A stretch of 64,000 nucleotides of DNA from positions 476 to 64,475 of the forward strand of contig SHWR01000001.1 of the NCBI GenBank assembly GCA_009693745.1, given 5' to 3'. Under the pieces are notes generated by a model. That model was not told the origin of the DNA. It searched no databases and was given only the letters and a program-made list of their open reading frames with translations. The position numbers were made by a program, and so were the translations under genes. Numbering within the stretch: the first letter of the stretch is position 1; the number at the start of each line of letters is the position of its first letter. Below are positions 19,998 to 28,523 of the stretch, in pieces. This DNA comes from Candidatus Fonsibacter sp. GTDB lineage: Bacteria > Pseudomonadota > Alphaproteobacteria > Pelagibacterales > Pelagibacteraceae.

Positions 19998-21470
19998 TTA
20001 ATTGATTCTAGCTGCATTTTTACCGGCAATTTTTCCAAATACAGCTCCGGACATTAATCCTGATCCACCTGGATAATTAAAATAAAAAATTCCTCCGACT
20101 ATTTCACCTGCTGCGAACAATCCTGGTATTGGGTTCATTGTATTATCCAATACTTGTCCTTTTGGATTAATTCTTAACCCACCAAAAGTAAAAGTTATTC
20201 CGCAAGTAACTCCGTAAGCTTCGAATGGAGGAGTGTCAATTTTATTTGCCCAATTAGATTTTGGTATAGATAATCCTTCTGTATTCTTGGTGTCTTTAAT
20301 TGTTGGATTAAATTTTACTTGTTCATTTACAGAGTTATTAAAATCTTCAATTGTTTTAAGAGCTTGTTCACTATTAACGCCTTTTAATTTTTTAACTAAT
20401 TCAGGTAAAGTTTTTGCTGTAACTTTAGTTACGTTAGGAGCCTGATACTCTTTATATAATAATTTTTTTACTTTCTTATCAAAGATCTGCCATGCAAACT
20501 GTTGGGGTTGTTTAATTACTTCTTTTCCAAATTTAGCATAAGTATAATTTCTAAAATCTTCTCCTTCGTCTACAAATCGTTCTCCATTTGCATTTATAAT
20601 AATACCAAAAGCATAACTGATTTTTCTATATCGATTACTTATTTTTAGATCACTAAACTCAGGTCCGTTCATGTCATGAAAAACTGCATGACAGCCTGAC
20701 CAATTGCCATAAGGAACTGCACCAATATCCATTGCCATTTTTAAGCCATCGCCTGTGTTATGCTTGGTACCTCTTACCTTTGCCATTTCCCATCCTGCGC
20801 CCAAATATCTTGTTCGCATTTCAGGATTGGCTTCGAATCCACCACAAGCTAAAATTAATGATCTTGAATATATATTATTTATTTTATTATTTGCTAAAAC
20901 TTCAACACCTTTGACTAAGTTATCTTCATAAATTATTTTTTTTGCTGCACATCCGTATCTAATTTCTATTTTTTGCTTTTTTGCAATTCTTGTTAAAGAG
21001 TTAATTAACTCTGGTCCTTCCCCTTCAACTTCTGCTGTAAGTCCTCCCCAAAATTTTATTTTGCCATTAATTTTATATGATTGACGGCTGTAAATTGGAG
21101 TAAATTTTAATCCTTTTTTCTTCATCCATAAAACTGTCTCAAAACTATTATTAACTAATAGTTTCGATAGAACTGGATCTGTTTTTCCATTCGTCACTCT
21201 CTGCATATCTGCTAGATAAGCTGAGGTTGGATAAGATCCAAAATCAATATTTTTTTTAGAAAGATTAGAAATTAATTTTTTTAAATCACTAAAACCTTTG
21301 TAGGAAAATCTAATTGAACCAGTTGTGTAACGACTATTGCCTCCGGTATCTTTTTTTGAAGCTTTATCTATCAATAAAACTTTCTTGGCTCCATTATCTG
21401 ATGCTGAAATAGCAGAACATAAAGCGGCATTGCCTCCTCCAACAACTATAACATCATAAAATTTATTCAT
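19998..21470 (-). CDS. tcuA: FAD-dependent flavoprotein, tricarballylate dehydrogenase TcuA-like
   Basis: 490 aa. N-terminal dinucleotide fold YDVIVVGGGNAALCSA and C-terminal GLFAAGEIVGG...GSGLMSGAVFGKIAG, as in the TcuA / fumarate-reductase-flavoprotein-like family. Subfamily assignment is from memory of the GGGNAALC motif, not from a search. Confidence 0.6.
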   Translation of the reverse strand: MNKFYDVIVVGGGNAALCSAISASDNGAKKVLLIDKASKKDTGGNSRYTTGSIRFSYKGFSDLKKLISNLSKKNIDFGSYPTSAYLADMQRVTNGKTDPVLSKLLVNNSFETVLWMKKKGLKFTPIYSRQSYKINGKIKFWGGLTAEVEGEGPELINSLTRIAKKQKIEIRYGCAAKKIIYEDNLVKGVEVLANNKINNIYSRSLILACGGFEANPEMRTRYLGAGWEMAKVRGTKHNTGDGLKMAMDIGAVPYGNWSGCHAVFHDMNGPEFSDLKISNRYRKISYAFGIIINANGERFVDEGEDFRNYTYAKFGKEVIKQPQQFAWQIFDKKVKKLLYKEYQAPNVTKVTAKTLPELVKKLKGVNSEQALKTIEDFNNSVNEQVKFNPTIKDTKNTEGLSIPKSNWANKIDTPPFEAYGVTCGITFTFGGLRINPKGQVLDNTMNPIPGLFAAGEIVGGIFYFNYPGGSGLMSGAVFGKIAGKNAARIN

Positions 21471-21542
21471 ATTATATTAATCAATCACTATTTAATGGAT
21501 AATTTTTTTTATATACCATAATTACTAATATTTATAATATAA

Positions 21543-22601
21543 ATGATAAGTAGTATCATAAAAATTTTTAAAGAAAGTTACATCTCAATTGGAATTGGAA
21601 TTGTTGGTGGATACTTAGGAACCCTTATTAAGCTTCCATTGCCTTGGTTATTAGGAGCATTAGCTTTAAATTTTTTATTTGCTTTTACCAAAGCGAAAAT
21701 AACTTTTTCACAAAAATTGCTTACACCAATATTTTTAATTATTGGAATAATATTAGGTGGCTCTTTCGATAGATCTTTACTTTATAAAATTCATCTTTGG
21801 ATTTTTTCATCAATAGCTATGATTGTTGTTACTTTTTTGGGCACTGTAATATTGACTGTCTACTTCTACAAAGTATGTAAATTTAAAAAGCTTTTGGCTA
21901 TATTAGCCGGCTTACCTGGCGCTTTTGCTCCAATCGTTACAACTCTCTTTAAAACCTTAAAAAATAAAAATGATTTTGCTAAAGTGATAATACCGCAAGC
22001 AACCAGAGTTATTTTTATAATCAGTTTTTTACCTTTTTTATTTATTAACAAAGTAGGATTTGCCGATATAAAGACTTTTTCTTCCGAACAATTATTTAAT
22101 TTTAGATATTTTGCTGAAATTTCAGTATTAATTTTGAGTTGTGTTGCAATATCTTTTCTATTCCAAAAATTAAAAATACCCTCTTCTGTTTTAATCGCCT
22201 CAATGCTTGCTTCTGGTTTTTTTTATACTCTAGAAGTAATAAATTCTAGATTTCCAGAATTTATAATAAATCTAACATTTGTTTTTTTAGGAACGGCTTT
22301 AGGTACAAGAATGAATGGAATCAAAAGTAAAAATTTTGGGTTTTATATGTTTCATGGGGTCGTTGTTTCTATAATATTATTAATTATTGCTGCAATAACT
22401 GCCTATATTTTATCTATTTTTTTTGGCTTTAATTTTATGTCTATATTTTTAAGCTTTGTTCCAGGTGGAATACATGAAATGGTTTTAATTAGTATTGCTT
22501 ATAACATCGACCCTATCTTTGTAAGCTATCATCATTTTTTAAGAATATTTATAATTGTGTTAGCCCTGCCAATAATATTAAAAAAATTTAAATATAAATA
22601 A
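21543..22601 (+). CDS. AbrB-family (duplicated 'putative ammonia monooxygenase' type) integral membrane protein
   Basis: 352 aa and about 10 TM. An internal duplication is suggested by IKLPLPWLLGALALN and LKIPSSVLIASMLASG. Size and pattern match the AbrB membrane-protein family. Confidence 0.6.
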   Translation: MISSIIKIFKESYISIGIGIVGGYLGTLIKLPLPWLLGALALNFLFAFTKAKITFSQKLLTPIFLIIGIILGGSFDRSLLYKIHLWIFSSIAMIVVTFLGTVILTVYFYKVCKFKKLLAILAGLPGAFAPIVTTLFKTLKNKNDFAKVIIPQATRVIFIISFLPFLFINKVGFADIKTFSSEQLFNFRYFAEISVLILSCVAISFLFQKLKIPSSVLIASMLASGFFYTLEVINSRFPEFIINLTFVFLGTALGTRMNGIKSKNFGFYMFHGVVVSIILLIIAAITAYILSIFFGFNFMSIFLSFVPGGIHEMVLISIAYNIDPIFVSYHHFLRIFIIVLALPIILKKFKYK

Positions 22602-22602
22602 A

Positions 22603-22962
22603 TTAATCACAGGCATACAATTTTAGAGGTTTGTTTCCATTTTTAGGGAGCTCTTGGCATTTTCCATTAAAACATACATTCCAATTTTTTATATTAGTCT
22701 CAGATGTAGCAAGTAAAATTTCATCCTTAGCAGACACTCTTGGCTTATAAACATACCAACCTTTTATTAATTTTGAATTTTCAGGTGGCTCCATACCAGC
22801 ACCTGATCCTTTAACTCTAGCCTCAACAATTTTAAGTTTAGAATTGATAATTTTCCAATCTTCTTGCCATTCAACCTTCTCAACAGAATGAGTCCACGCT
22901 AAAGTAAAAAATGAAATTGCAAAAGTTGTAACTTTAGTTCCTGTTAGAACGCACAAGCTCAT
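22603..22962 (-). CDS. DUF1850 domain protein (TAXI-TRAP associated)
   Basis: 119 aa. LAWTHSVEKVEWQEDW matches the DUF1850 core. ATGA overlap with the TRAP fused permease gene, which is the usual context for this family. Confidence 0.7.
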   Translation of the reverse strand: MSLCVLTGTKVTTFAISFFTLAWTHSVEKVEWQEDWKIINSKLKIVEARVKGSGAGMEPPENSKLIKGWYVYKPRVSAKDEILLATSETNIKNWNVCFNGKCQELPKNGNKPLKLYACD

Positions 22963-25061
22963 GTTGAGATTGTATTATTGTTTCTAAATTTAAACCACCT
23001 ATAAATAATAAATAATATCATAACTCCAAAACCTAATTCGTCGGTCAATGGGATGGCTACAATCAATAAAACAGCAACCAGCATGCATATAATTCTCTCA
23101 AAAATATTTAGTCGTGCGTTCATATATCCAACAGCCGCAATACCTAAAAATAAAATAGCGATCACTGCTTTTATACAAATGTAACCAACAGAAATAATAA
23201 TTGTGGAAATATCTTTATTTGCAAGTCCCTGCAGCATTAATTCAGGACTATAAACTGCCATAAATGGCACAACAAATCCTGCTACTGCTAATTTTACCGC
23301 TTCTAAAGAAATTTTAAATCCACTTTCCTTTGCAAAAGGTGCTGCCGCAAAACAAGCAAGTGCTACGGGTGGCGTTAAATCTGCCATAATACCAAAATAA
23401 AAAACAAACATATGGCTTATAATTAATGGAACACCTAATTTTAAAAGAGCAGGACCTGCGATTGCGGATGTAATTATGTAATTTGGAATTGTTGGAATTC
23501 CCATTCCTAGAATAAGACAGATAATCATTGTTAATAATAAAGATAACAACAAACTATTTTCTCCAACCTTAATTACAAACTGTCCAAATGTATTTGCTGC
23601 GCCTGTTAAGGTAAGCGTACCAATTACAATCCCAACAACTGCACAGGCAACACCCACCGGTAAAGAAGCTTTACCACCTTCAGCAAGAGCATCTCTGCAA
23701 GAAAGCAATGTTTCTCTCCCCCCTTTAAATATAAAATTAATAACAACAAGTGTTGATATTGAAATTACAATAACTTTTATTCCCAGCTCAAAGAATGATG
23801 CGGAAACTAAACCAAGAAAAATCCAGAATACTACTCTTTTATATTTTGATAAACTTCCTGCAATTGGTGCTCCTAAAATTAAAAATATTATGAAAGCAAG
23901 ACCAATGGTTCCTGCATAAAGAGGTGTGTAACCTGAGAATAGCAAATAAACTAATACTACGAGTGGTAGAATTAAGTACCATCCCTTTTTTAATGCGTTA
24001 ATGACTGATGGCAGCTCGTCCTTCGACATACCAAGTAAATTTCTTTTTCCAGCCTCTAAATAAACCATCCACCAACATGAAACATAATAAAGTATCGCTG
24101 GTATAATAGCGGCCTTAACAATCTCAAAATATTTAACTCCTAAAGTCTCTGCCATAATAAAAGCAACTGCTCCCATAACTGGAGGCATAATCTGTCCCCC
24201 CATAGAAGAAGTTGCTTCAACTCCACCAGCAAAAGCTGATGAGTATCCATATTTTTTCATTAGTGGAATTGTGAACTGTCCAGAAGTTACAACGTTTGCA
24301 ATTCCTGAACCTGAAATTGTTCCCATTAATGCAGAAGATGCGACGCAAACCTGTGCTGGGCCTCCTCTAGTATGACCAAAGAGTCCTAAAGCAACGTCGT
24401 TGAACAACTTAATCATTCCCGCACGCTCTAAAAACGAACCAAATAAGATAAATAAAAATACAAAAGTACAAGAAACGTAGATAGGAATTCCATAAATTCC
24501 TTCAGTCCCATAACTCATATGCTCAATTATTTGTTTAAAATCATACCCACGATGCTGAAACATTCCAGGAAGATAGTTGCCAAAGAAACAATATGATAAA
24601 AATATTAGAGCAATTAATGTAAGCGCGTAGCCCATAACTACCCAGGCAGCTGATAATACAAGGGTTACGGCAATAACCCCAAAAAAGATATCTGTGGGTA
24701 ATAAACTACCATATCGGGTGATTAAAGGCGTGTATTCAATTGTTTGATAAATCGCAATTACAATACTTAATACCCCAGCAAGCCAAGATAAAATTTTAAA
24801 AAAACTTTTCTGTTTTTTTAAGGCACAAACTAATGGAAATCCCAATAATCCTAAGAAACCTACATGAACTGCTCTTAATATTTGACTTGGTAAATCTAAT
24901 AAATGAGCGGCAGTAATAACCTGAAAAACTGAAAATGCTATTGCAATGTAAAATAAAACTTTACCTTCTAATGAAGTAGGAAAACTTTCTGTGGAGGGAT
25001 CATAAAATCCAGCCGAAGTTTGTTCGGCTGGATTATCTAAAATATTTTGGTTTGTTTTCAC
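22959..25061 (-). CDS. TRAP transporter fused permease (TAXI-type, DctQ/DctM-like fusion)
   Basis: 700 aa with more than 15 predicted TM helices. Its size and its position between the TAXI receptor and DUF1850 are typical. GTG start. Confidence 0.85.
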   Translation of the reverse strand: MKTNQNILDNPAEQTSAGFYDPSTESFPTSLEGKVLFYIAIAFSVFQVITAAHLLDLPSQILRAVHVGFLGLLGFPLVCALKKQKSFFKILSWLAGVLSIVIAIYQTIEYTPLITRYGSLLPTDIFFGVIAVTLVLSAAWVVMGYALTLIALIFLSYCFFGNYLPGMFQHRGYDFKQIIEHMSYGTEGIYGIPIYVSCTFVFLFILFGSFLERAGMIKLFNDVALGLFGHTRGGPAQVCVASSALMGTISGSGIANVVTSGQFTIPLMKKYGYSSAFAGGVEATSSMGGQIMPPVMGAVAFIMAETLGVKYFEIVKAAIIPAILYYVSCWWMVYLEAGKRNLLGMSKDELPSVINALKKGWYLILPLVVLVYLLFSGYTPLYAGTIGLAFIIFLILGAPIAGSLSKYKRVVFWIFLGLVSASFFELGIKVIVISISTLVVINFIFKGGRETLLSCRDALAEGGKASLPVGVACAVVGIVIGTLTLTGAANTFGQFVIKVGENSLLLSLLLTMIICLILGMGIPTIPNYIITSAIAGPALLKLGVPLIISHMFVFYFGIMADLTPPVALACFAAAPFAKESGFKISLEAVKLAVAGFVVPFMAVYSPELMLQGLANKDISTIIISVGYICIKAVIAILFLGIAAVGYMNARLNIFERIICMLVAVLLIVAIPLTDELGFGVMILFIIYRWFKFRNNNTIST

Positions 25062-25104
25062 TTCCCCAATCTAAACTAATAAAAAATTATTAGTTTTATT
25101 ATAC

Positions 25105-26046
25105 TTACTTAATTAAACCTTTTTCTTTGTAATATTTAATAGCACCAGGATGAAGTGGTAGTGGTGGATTATTTGCAGCATCTTTTATATTTATATCTTT
25201 AGCCGCAGAATGTGCCGCCACTAATGCTGGTAAATTTTCATAAAACAACTTTGTCATTTGATACGCGGTTGCATCCGAAACATCTTTACGTGTAACTAAA
25301 TAATTTACTACAGCAGCAGTGCTAACATCCTCTGTTTGTCCTTTATAAGTATTAGCTGGAATTTTTCCAGATATAAATGGAGCTCCCATTTTTTTAACAA
25401 TTGCTTCAGGAACCGAAACAACTGTTACATCTAATGAATTAGCTAAATCTTTTAGTGAAGCGACACCTAAACCTGCTGATTGCAATGTAGCATCTAATTG
25501 TCTATTTTTAATTAATTCAATTGACTCTGCAAATGGTAAATATTCTAATTTGCCTAAATCTTTATAAACCAAACCTGCGGCTGCAAAAATTGCTCTAGAA
25601 TTTAATTCAGTTCCAGATTTAGCTGCTCCAACTGAAAGGCCCTTTCCTTTAAGATCAGCTAAAGTTTTAATATTAGAAGATTTTGAAGCTACTATTTGAA
25701 TGTAGTTTGGATAAATTGCACCGATTATTCTTAATTTATCTAATTTCGTTTTAAATCCGGCATCTTCTTTTCCATCCCAAGCATCTTTTGCTGCATCACC
25801 AAGAACAAAAGCTATTTCACCTTTTCCTTCTTGAAGAAGAACTAAATTCTCAACTGAAGCTTTGGTTACTTGAACTTGAACCTTTGAGTCTTTTATATTG
25901 TCCCCATAAATTTTAGTTAAAGCTGAACCAAGTGGATAATAAACGCCTGATGTTCCGCCTGTTAAAATATTAATAAACTCTGCTGATTGAACTGAGCTCG
26001 CGCTTAGCAAAAAAGCAGCTAATAATGCTGATAATTTTTTGAACAT
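25105..26046 (-). CDS. TAXI-family TRAP transporter solute receptor
   Basis: ILTGGTSGVYYPLG and PLHPGAIKYYKE are TAXI hallmarks. Start set at the ATG at 26046 (MFKKLSALLAAFLLSASSVQSAE signal peptide). It is preceded by AAGGA (complement of 26052-26056). The ORF-track TTG at 26106 adds 20 unlikely residues. Confidence 0.85.
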   Translation of the reverse strand: MFKKLSALLAAFLLSASSVQSAEFINILTGGTSGVYYPLGSALTKIYGDNIKDSKVQVQVTKASVENLVLLQEGKGEIAFVLGDAAKDAWDGKEDAGFKTKLDKLRIIGAIYPNYIQIVASKSSNIKTLADLKGKGLSVGAAKSGTELNSRAIFAAAGLVYKDLGKLEYLPFAESIELIKNRQLDATLQSAGLGVASLKDLANSLDVTVVSVPEAIVKKMGAPFISGKIPANTYKGQTEDVSTAAVVNYLVTRKDVSDATAYQMTKLFYENLPALVAAHSAAKDINIKDAANNPPLPLHPGAIKYYKEKGLIK

Positions 26047-26249
26047 AATGATCCTTTTTAAAATTGTTAAAAGAATGATTAGATTATAAAAATTATTAAA
26101 ACGCAATGAGTTAGGAACATTGTTACAATCTAAAGTAGTATTAATATTTCTAAATATCTATGAATAAACGAAAGTTGTTGAAAAGTTAACTTTCTATAAT
26201 GTTATTTAATTCTATTTTAAATGTAAAAAATATTATCGTTAAAGAGAAA

Positions 26250-26639
26250 ATGACAAAAACTGATGCCGAGTGGCAAAAAATTTTATCTGATAATGAATAT
26301 TCAGTTCTAAGAAAAGAAGGAACTGAACGACCATTCACTAATAAACTTAATGATCAAAAAAAAGAAGGAAATTATTATTGCAAAGGCTGTAATGCAAAAT
26401 TGTTTAGCTCAAAAATGAAATTTGACAGCGGTACAGGATGGCCATCTTTTTTTGATTCTTATCCAAATGTTTTTGAAACTACTACTGACTATAAATTAGT
26501 GTATCCAAGAACAGAATATCATTGTGCTAAATGTGATGGACATCACGGACATTTATTTAATGATGGGCCTGCTCCTACCGAAAAAAGATATTGTAATAAT
26601 GGAGTTGCATTAAAATTTGTTGAAGAAAAATTATTTTAA
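26250..26639 (+). CDS. msrB: Peptide-methionine (R)-S-oxide reductase
   Basis: Two zinc CxxC pairs (CKGCNAKLF, CAKCDGHHGH), GWPSF, and the catalytic RYCNNG. Start set at the ATG at 26250 (MTKTDAEWQKIL), preceded by AAAGAG. An in-frame ATG at 26199 is an alternative. Confidence 0.9.
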   Translation: MTKTDAEWQKILSDNEYSVLRKEGTERPFTNKLNDQKKEGNYYCKGCNAKLFSSKMKFDSGTGWPSFFDSYPNVFETTTDYKLVYPRTEYHCAKCDGHHGHLFNDGPAPTEKRYCNNGVALKFVEEKLF

Positions 26640-26641
26640 AT

Positions 26642-27034
26642 ATGAATGATATTGCTAACGAAGTAAGCAAAAAAGGTTTTATCAAACACATTGGTGGAAT
26701 TGAATTTAAAAAAATTTCAGAAAATAATTTTGAGTTTCAATCCAAAGTTCAAAATTTTAACCTTAATTCAGCTGGAATAAGTCACGGTGGTTATATTGCG
26801 GCAATTTTAGATAATGGAATGGGTTCAGGTGCTCATAAAGTAATTAATGAAGGAAAAAGATGTGTAACTATCTCTCTAGATATTAAATTTATAGGAGGAT
26901 CCAAAGAAGGAGATGTCTTAATTGGCAAAGTTACCATAACTAAAAAAACTAAAACTCTAGTATTTGTAAGTGCAAACTTATTTCAAGCAGAGAATGTTAT
27001 TGCAACAGCTTCTGGAATTTGGAAAATTATATAA
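26642..27034 (+). CDS. PaaI-family hotdog-fold thioesterase
   Basis: 130 aa. The N....G..HGG..A.L.D pattern (NSAGISHGGYIAAILDNGMG) and the size are typical of PaaI/'uncharacterized domain 1' thioesterases. Starts 2 nt after msrB. Confidence 0.7.
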   Translation: MNDIANEVSKKGFIKHIGGIEFKKISENNFEFQSKVQNFNLNSAGISHGGYIAAILDNGMGSGAHKVINEGKRCVTISLDIKFIGGSKEGDVLIGKVTITKKTKTLVFVSANLFQAENVIATASGIWKII

Positions 27035-27036
27035 AA

Positions 27037-27609
27037 TTATTTCCAAAGTTGATTTAACCTACTTAGTCTTTCACAACCTAAATAATAAGCATAATAATGT
27101 CTTGGATTTTTTATGTAGAATTTTTGATGATAATCTTCAGCTGGATAAAAATTCTTATATTGTGTAAAAGTTGTTTTAATTTTATTAGCTTTTAATGATT
27201 TTATTTCTAAGATTGATTTATTGATTAATTTTTTTTCTTCTTCATTCTGGAAAAAAATTGCCGATATATAACTATAGCCCTTATCACAAAACTGACCTTG
27301 ATCATCGTAAGGATCAATATTCATCCAAAAATTTTTTAACAGTTCTAAATATGTTATTTTTTTAGAGTCATAAGTAATTTTTACGGTCTCAATATGACCT
27401 GTTTTTCCTTTTAAAACCTCTTCATATGTTGGATTTACAACTGTTCCTCCACTATAGCCGGAAACAACACTAACAACTCCTTCAATCTTATCAAAAGCAG
27501 CCTCCATGCACCAAAAACAGCCCCCGGCAAAATAAGCTGTTTTATTTTCACTAGAGAAAGTAATGGAGTTAAAAAAAAAAAAATAAACTATTACTAAAAA
27601 TTTTTTCAA
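27037..27609 (-). CDS. msrA: Peptide-methionine (S)-S-oxide reductase with an N-terminal Sec-type signal peptide
   Basis: Catalytic GGCFWCMEAAF, GYSGG, and HIETVKITYD. The catalytic Cys precedes the first internal ATG, so the TTG at 27609 must be used (an in-frame TAA lies immediately upstream). The N-terminus KKFLVIVYFFFFNSITFSS looks like a signal peptide. Confidence 0.88.
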   Translation of the reverse strand: MKKFLVIVYFFFFNSITFSSENKTAYFAGGCFWCMEAAFDKIEGVVSVVSGYSGGTVVNPTYEEVLKGKTGHIETVKITYDSKKITYLELLKNFWMNIDPYDDQGQFCDKGYSYISAIFFQNEEEKKLINKSILEIKSLKANKIKTTFTQYKNFYPAEDYHQKFYIKNPRHYYAYYLGCERLSRLNQLWK

Positions 27610-28523
27610 TTATAAAAAGCTCCACGCTGTCTTAAAAGTTCTCTTTGTAATTCTTTGTTTTCAACAAAAGGTTGACGACCGTGAAGTAAAAAATAATTAT
27701 TAGAAAATATAGAACATCCAGGAGGAAGTTTAAAAATTATTTTATGCTTACTATTTTCCAGTGATTCCGAAAGACTAGTTAAAAAAAGACCCTGCTCCAT
27801 ATTTTGTGGTTCTGGAAATTGATCAATATATGAAATAATTGGTTTACCAGAACTATCTTTATAAAATACTGGATGAGTTACTTTGTAGTCTACATTTTTA
27901 CTTTTAGGAGATCCCCAAATAAAATCGCTCTGGCCAACTGGATGATTAAAAAACTTATCCCGTTCCTCCCAGTCGTCCAAATGTAATAATACGCTTTCCC
28001 CTCCTTGAACATTTTTTTCTTTAATTTTTGTCATTAATAGCCAATCAGTTTTTTCTTTCACGTATGTTCCGTCTGTGTGTAAATCCAATCGCTTGTATGC
28101 TTTACGTAAATAAGAATCACTACTATCCACATGCTTCACTTCGAAACGTGCATAGTACTTTCCTGTCATGCTATCAAAATTAGGTAAACCAACCAAATGT
28201 GTAAAAGCTGTGGAAAGTTTTACCAAAAATTTATCATCCGTAACATCAGCATTAAATTTTTCTGGACCAATTACGAAAGCTCCATAATTTCTATCGGTTA
28301 ATATTTTTTTGAATAAATTTTTAATTTTGCTATCAAAAATTTTATTACATTCATCAGCTATAAAAAATCTTAGAAAAGGTTTAAGTTCTAAATCTTGAAT
28401 ATCAATAGATGCAAATTTTTTTACAAGCTCATCAATAGCAGATTGTAAAATATTTATAGAAACTAATCTTTTACTTTGCGGATGAACACTGATCGCTAAA
28501 TTTTTAATATTCTCAAATACCAT
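27606..28523 (-). CDS. glaH: CsiD/GlaH-family Fe(II)/2-oxoglutarate-dependent dioxygenase (glutarate 2-hydroxylase family)
   Basis: 305 aa, colinear with E. coli CsiD as I recall it: FLRF, GKYYARFEVKHVDSSDSYLRK (E. coli [21 protein letters not shown]), LHTDGTYV (HxD iron ligands), VLLHLDDWE, SYIDQF, LLHGR (distal His) and RELLRQRGAF. Confidence 0.8.
   Translation of the reverse strand: MVFENIKNLAISVHPQSKRLVSINILQSAIDELVKKFASIDIQDLELKPFLRFFIADECNKIFDSKIKNLFKKILTDRNYGAFVIGPEKFNADVTDDKFLVKLSTAFTHLVGLPNFDSMTGKYYARFEVKHVDSSDSYLRKAYKRLDLHTDGTYVKEKTDWLLMTKIKEKNVQGGESVLLHLDDWEERDKFFNHPVGQSDFIWGSPKSKNVDYKVTHPVFYKDSSGKPIISYIDQFPEPQNMEQGLFLTSLSESLENSKHKIIFKLPPGCSIFSNNYFLLHGRQPFVENKELQRELLRQRGAFYN

Noticed and set aside
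26047-26106. N-terminal extensions given by the ORF track: the TAXI receptor from TTG 26106, livM from TTG 7248, tctA from TTG 17740, the prpF-family gene from TTG 15765, and msrB from ATG 26199.
   Set aside because: Downstream ATGs give N-termini that match the family norm (a signal peptide or conserved first helix). Two of them have an obvious Shine-Dalgarno (AAGGA before 26046, GGAGG before 7233). The msrB case remains ambiguous and is noted in the feature.
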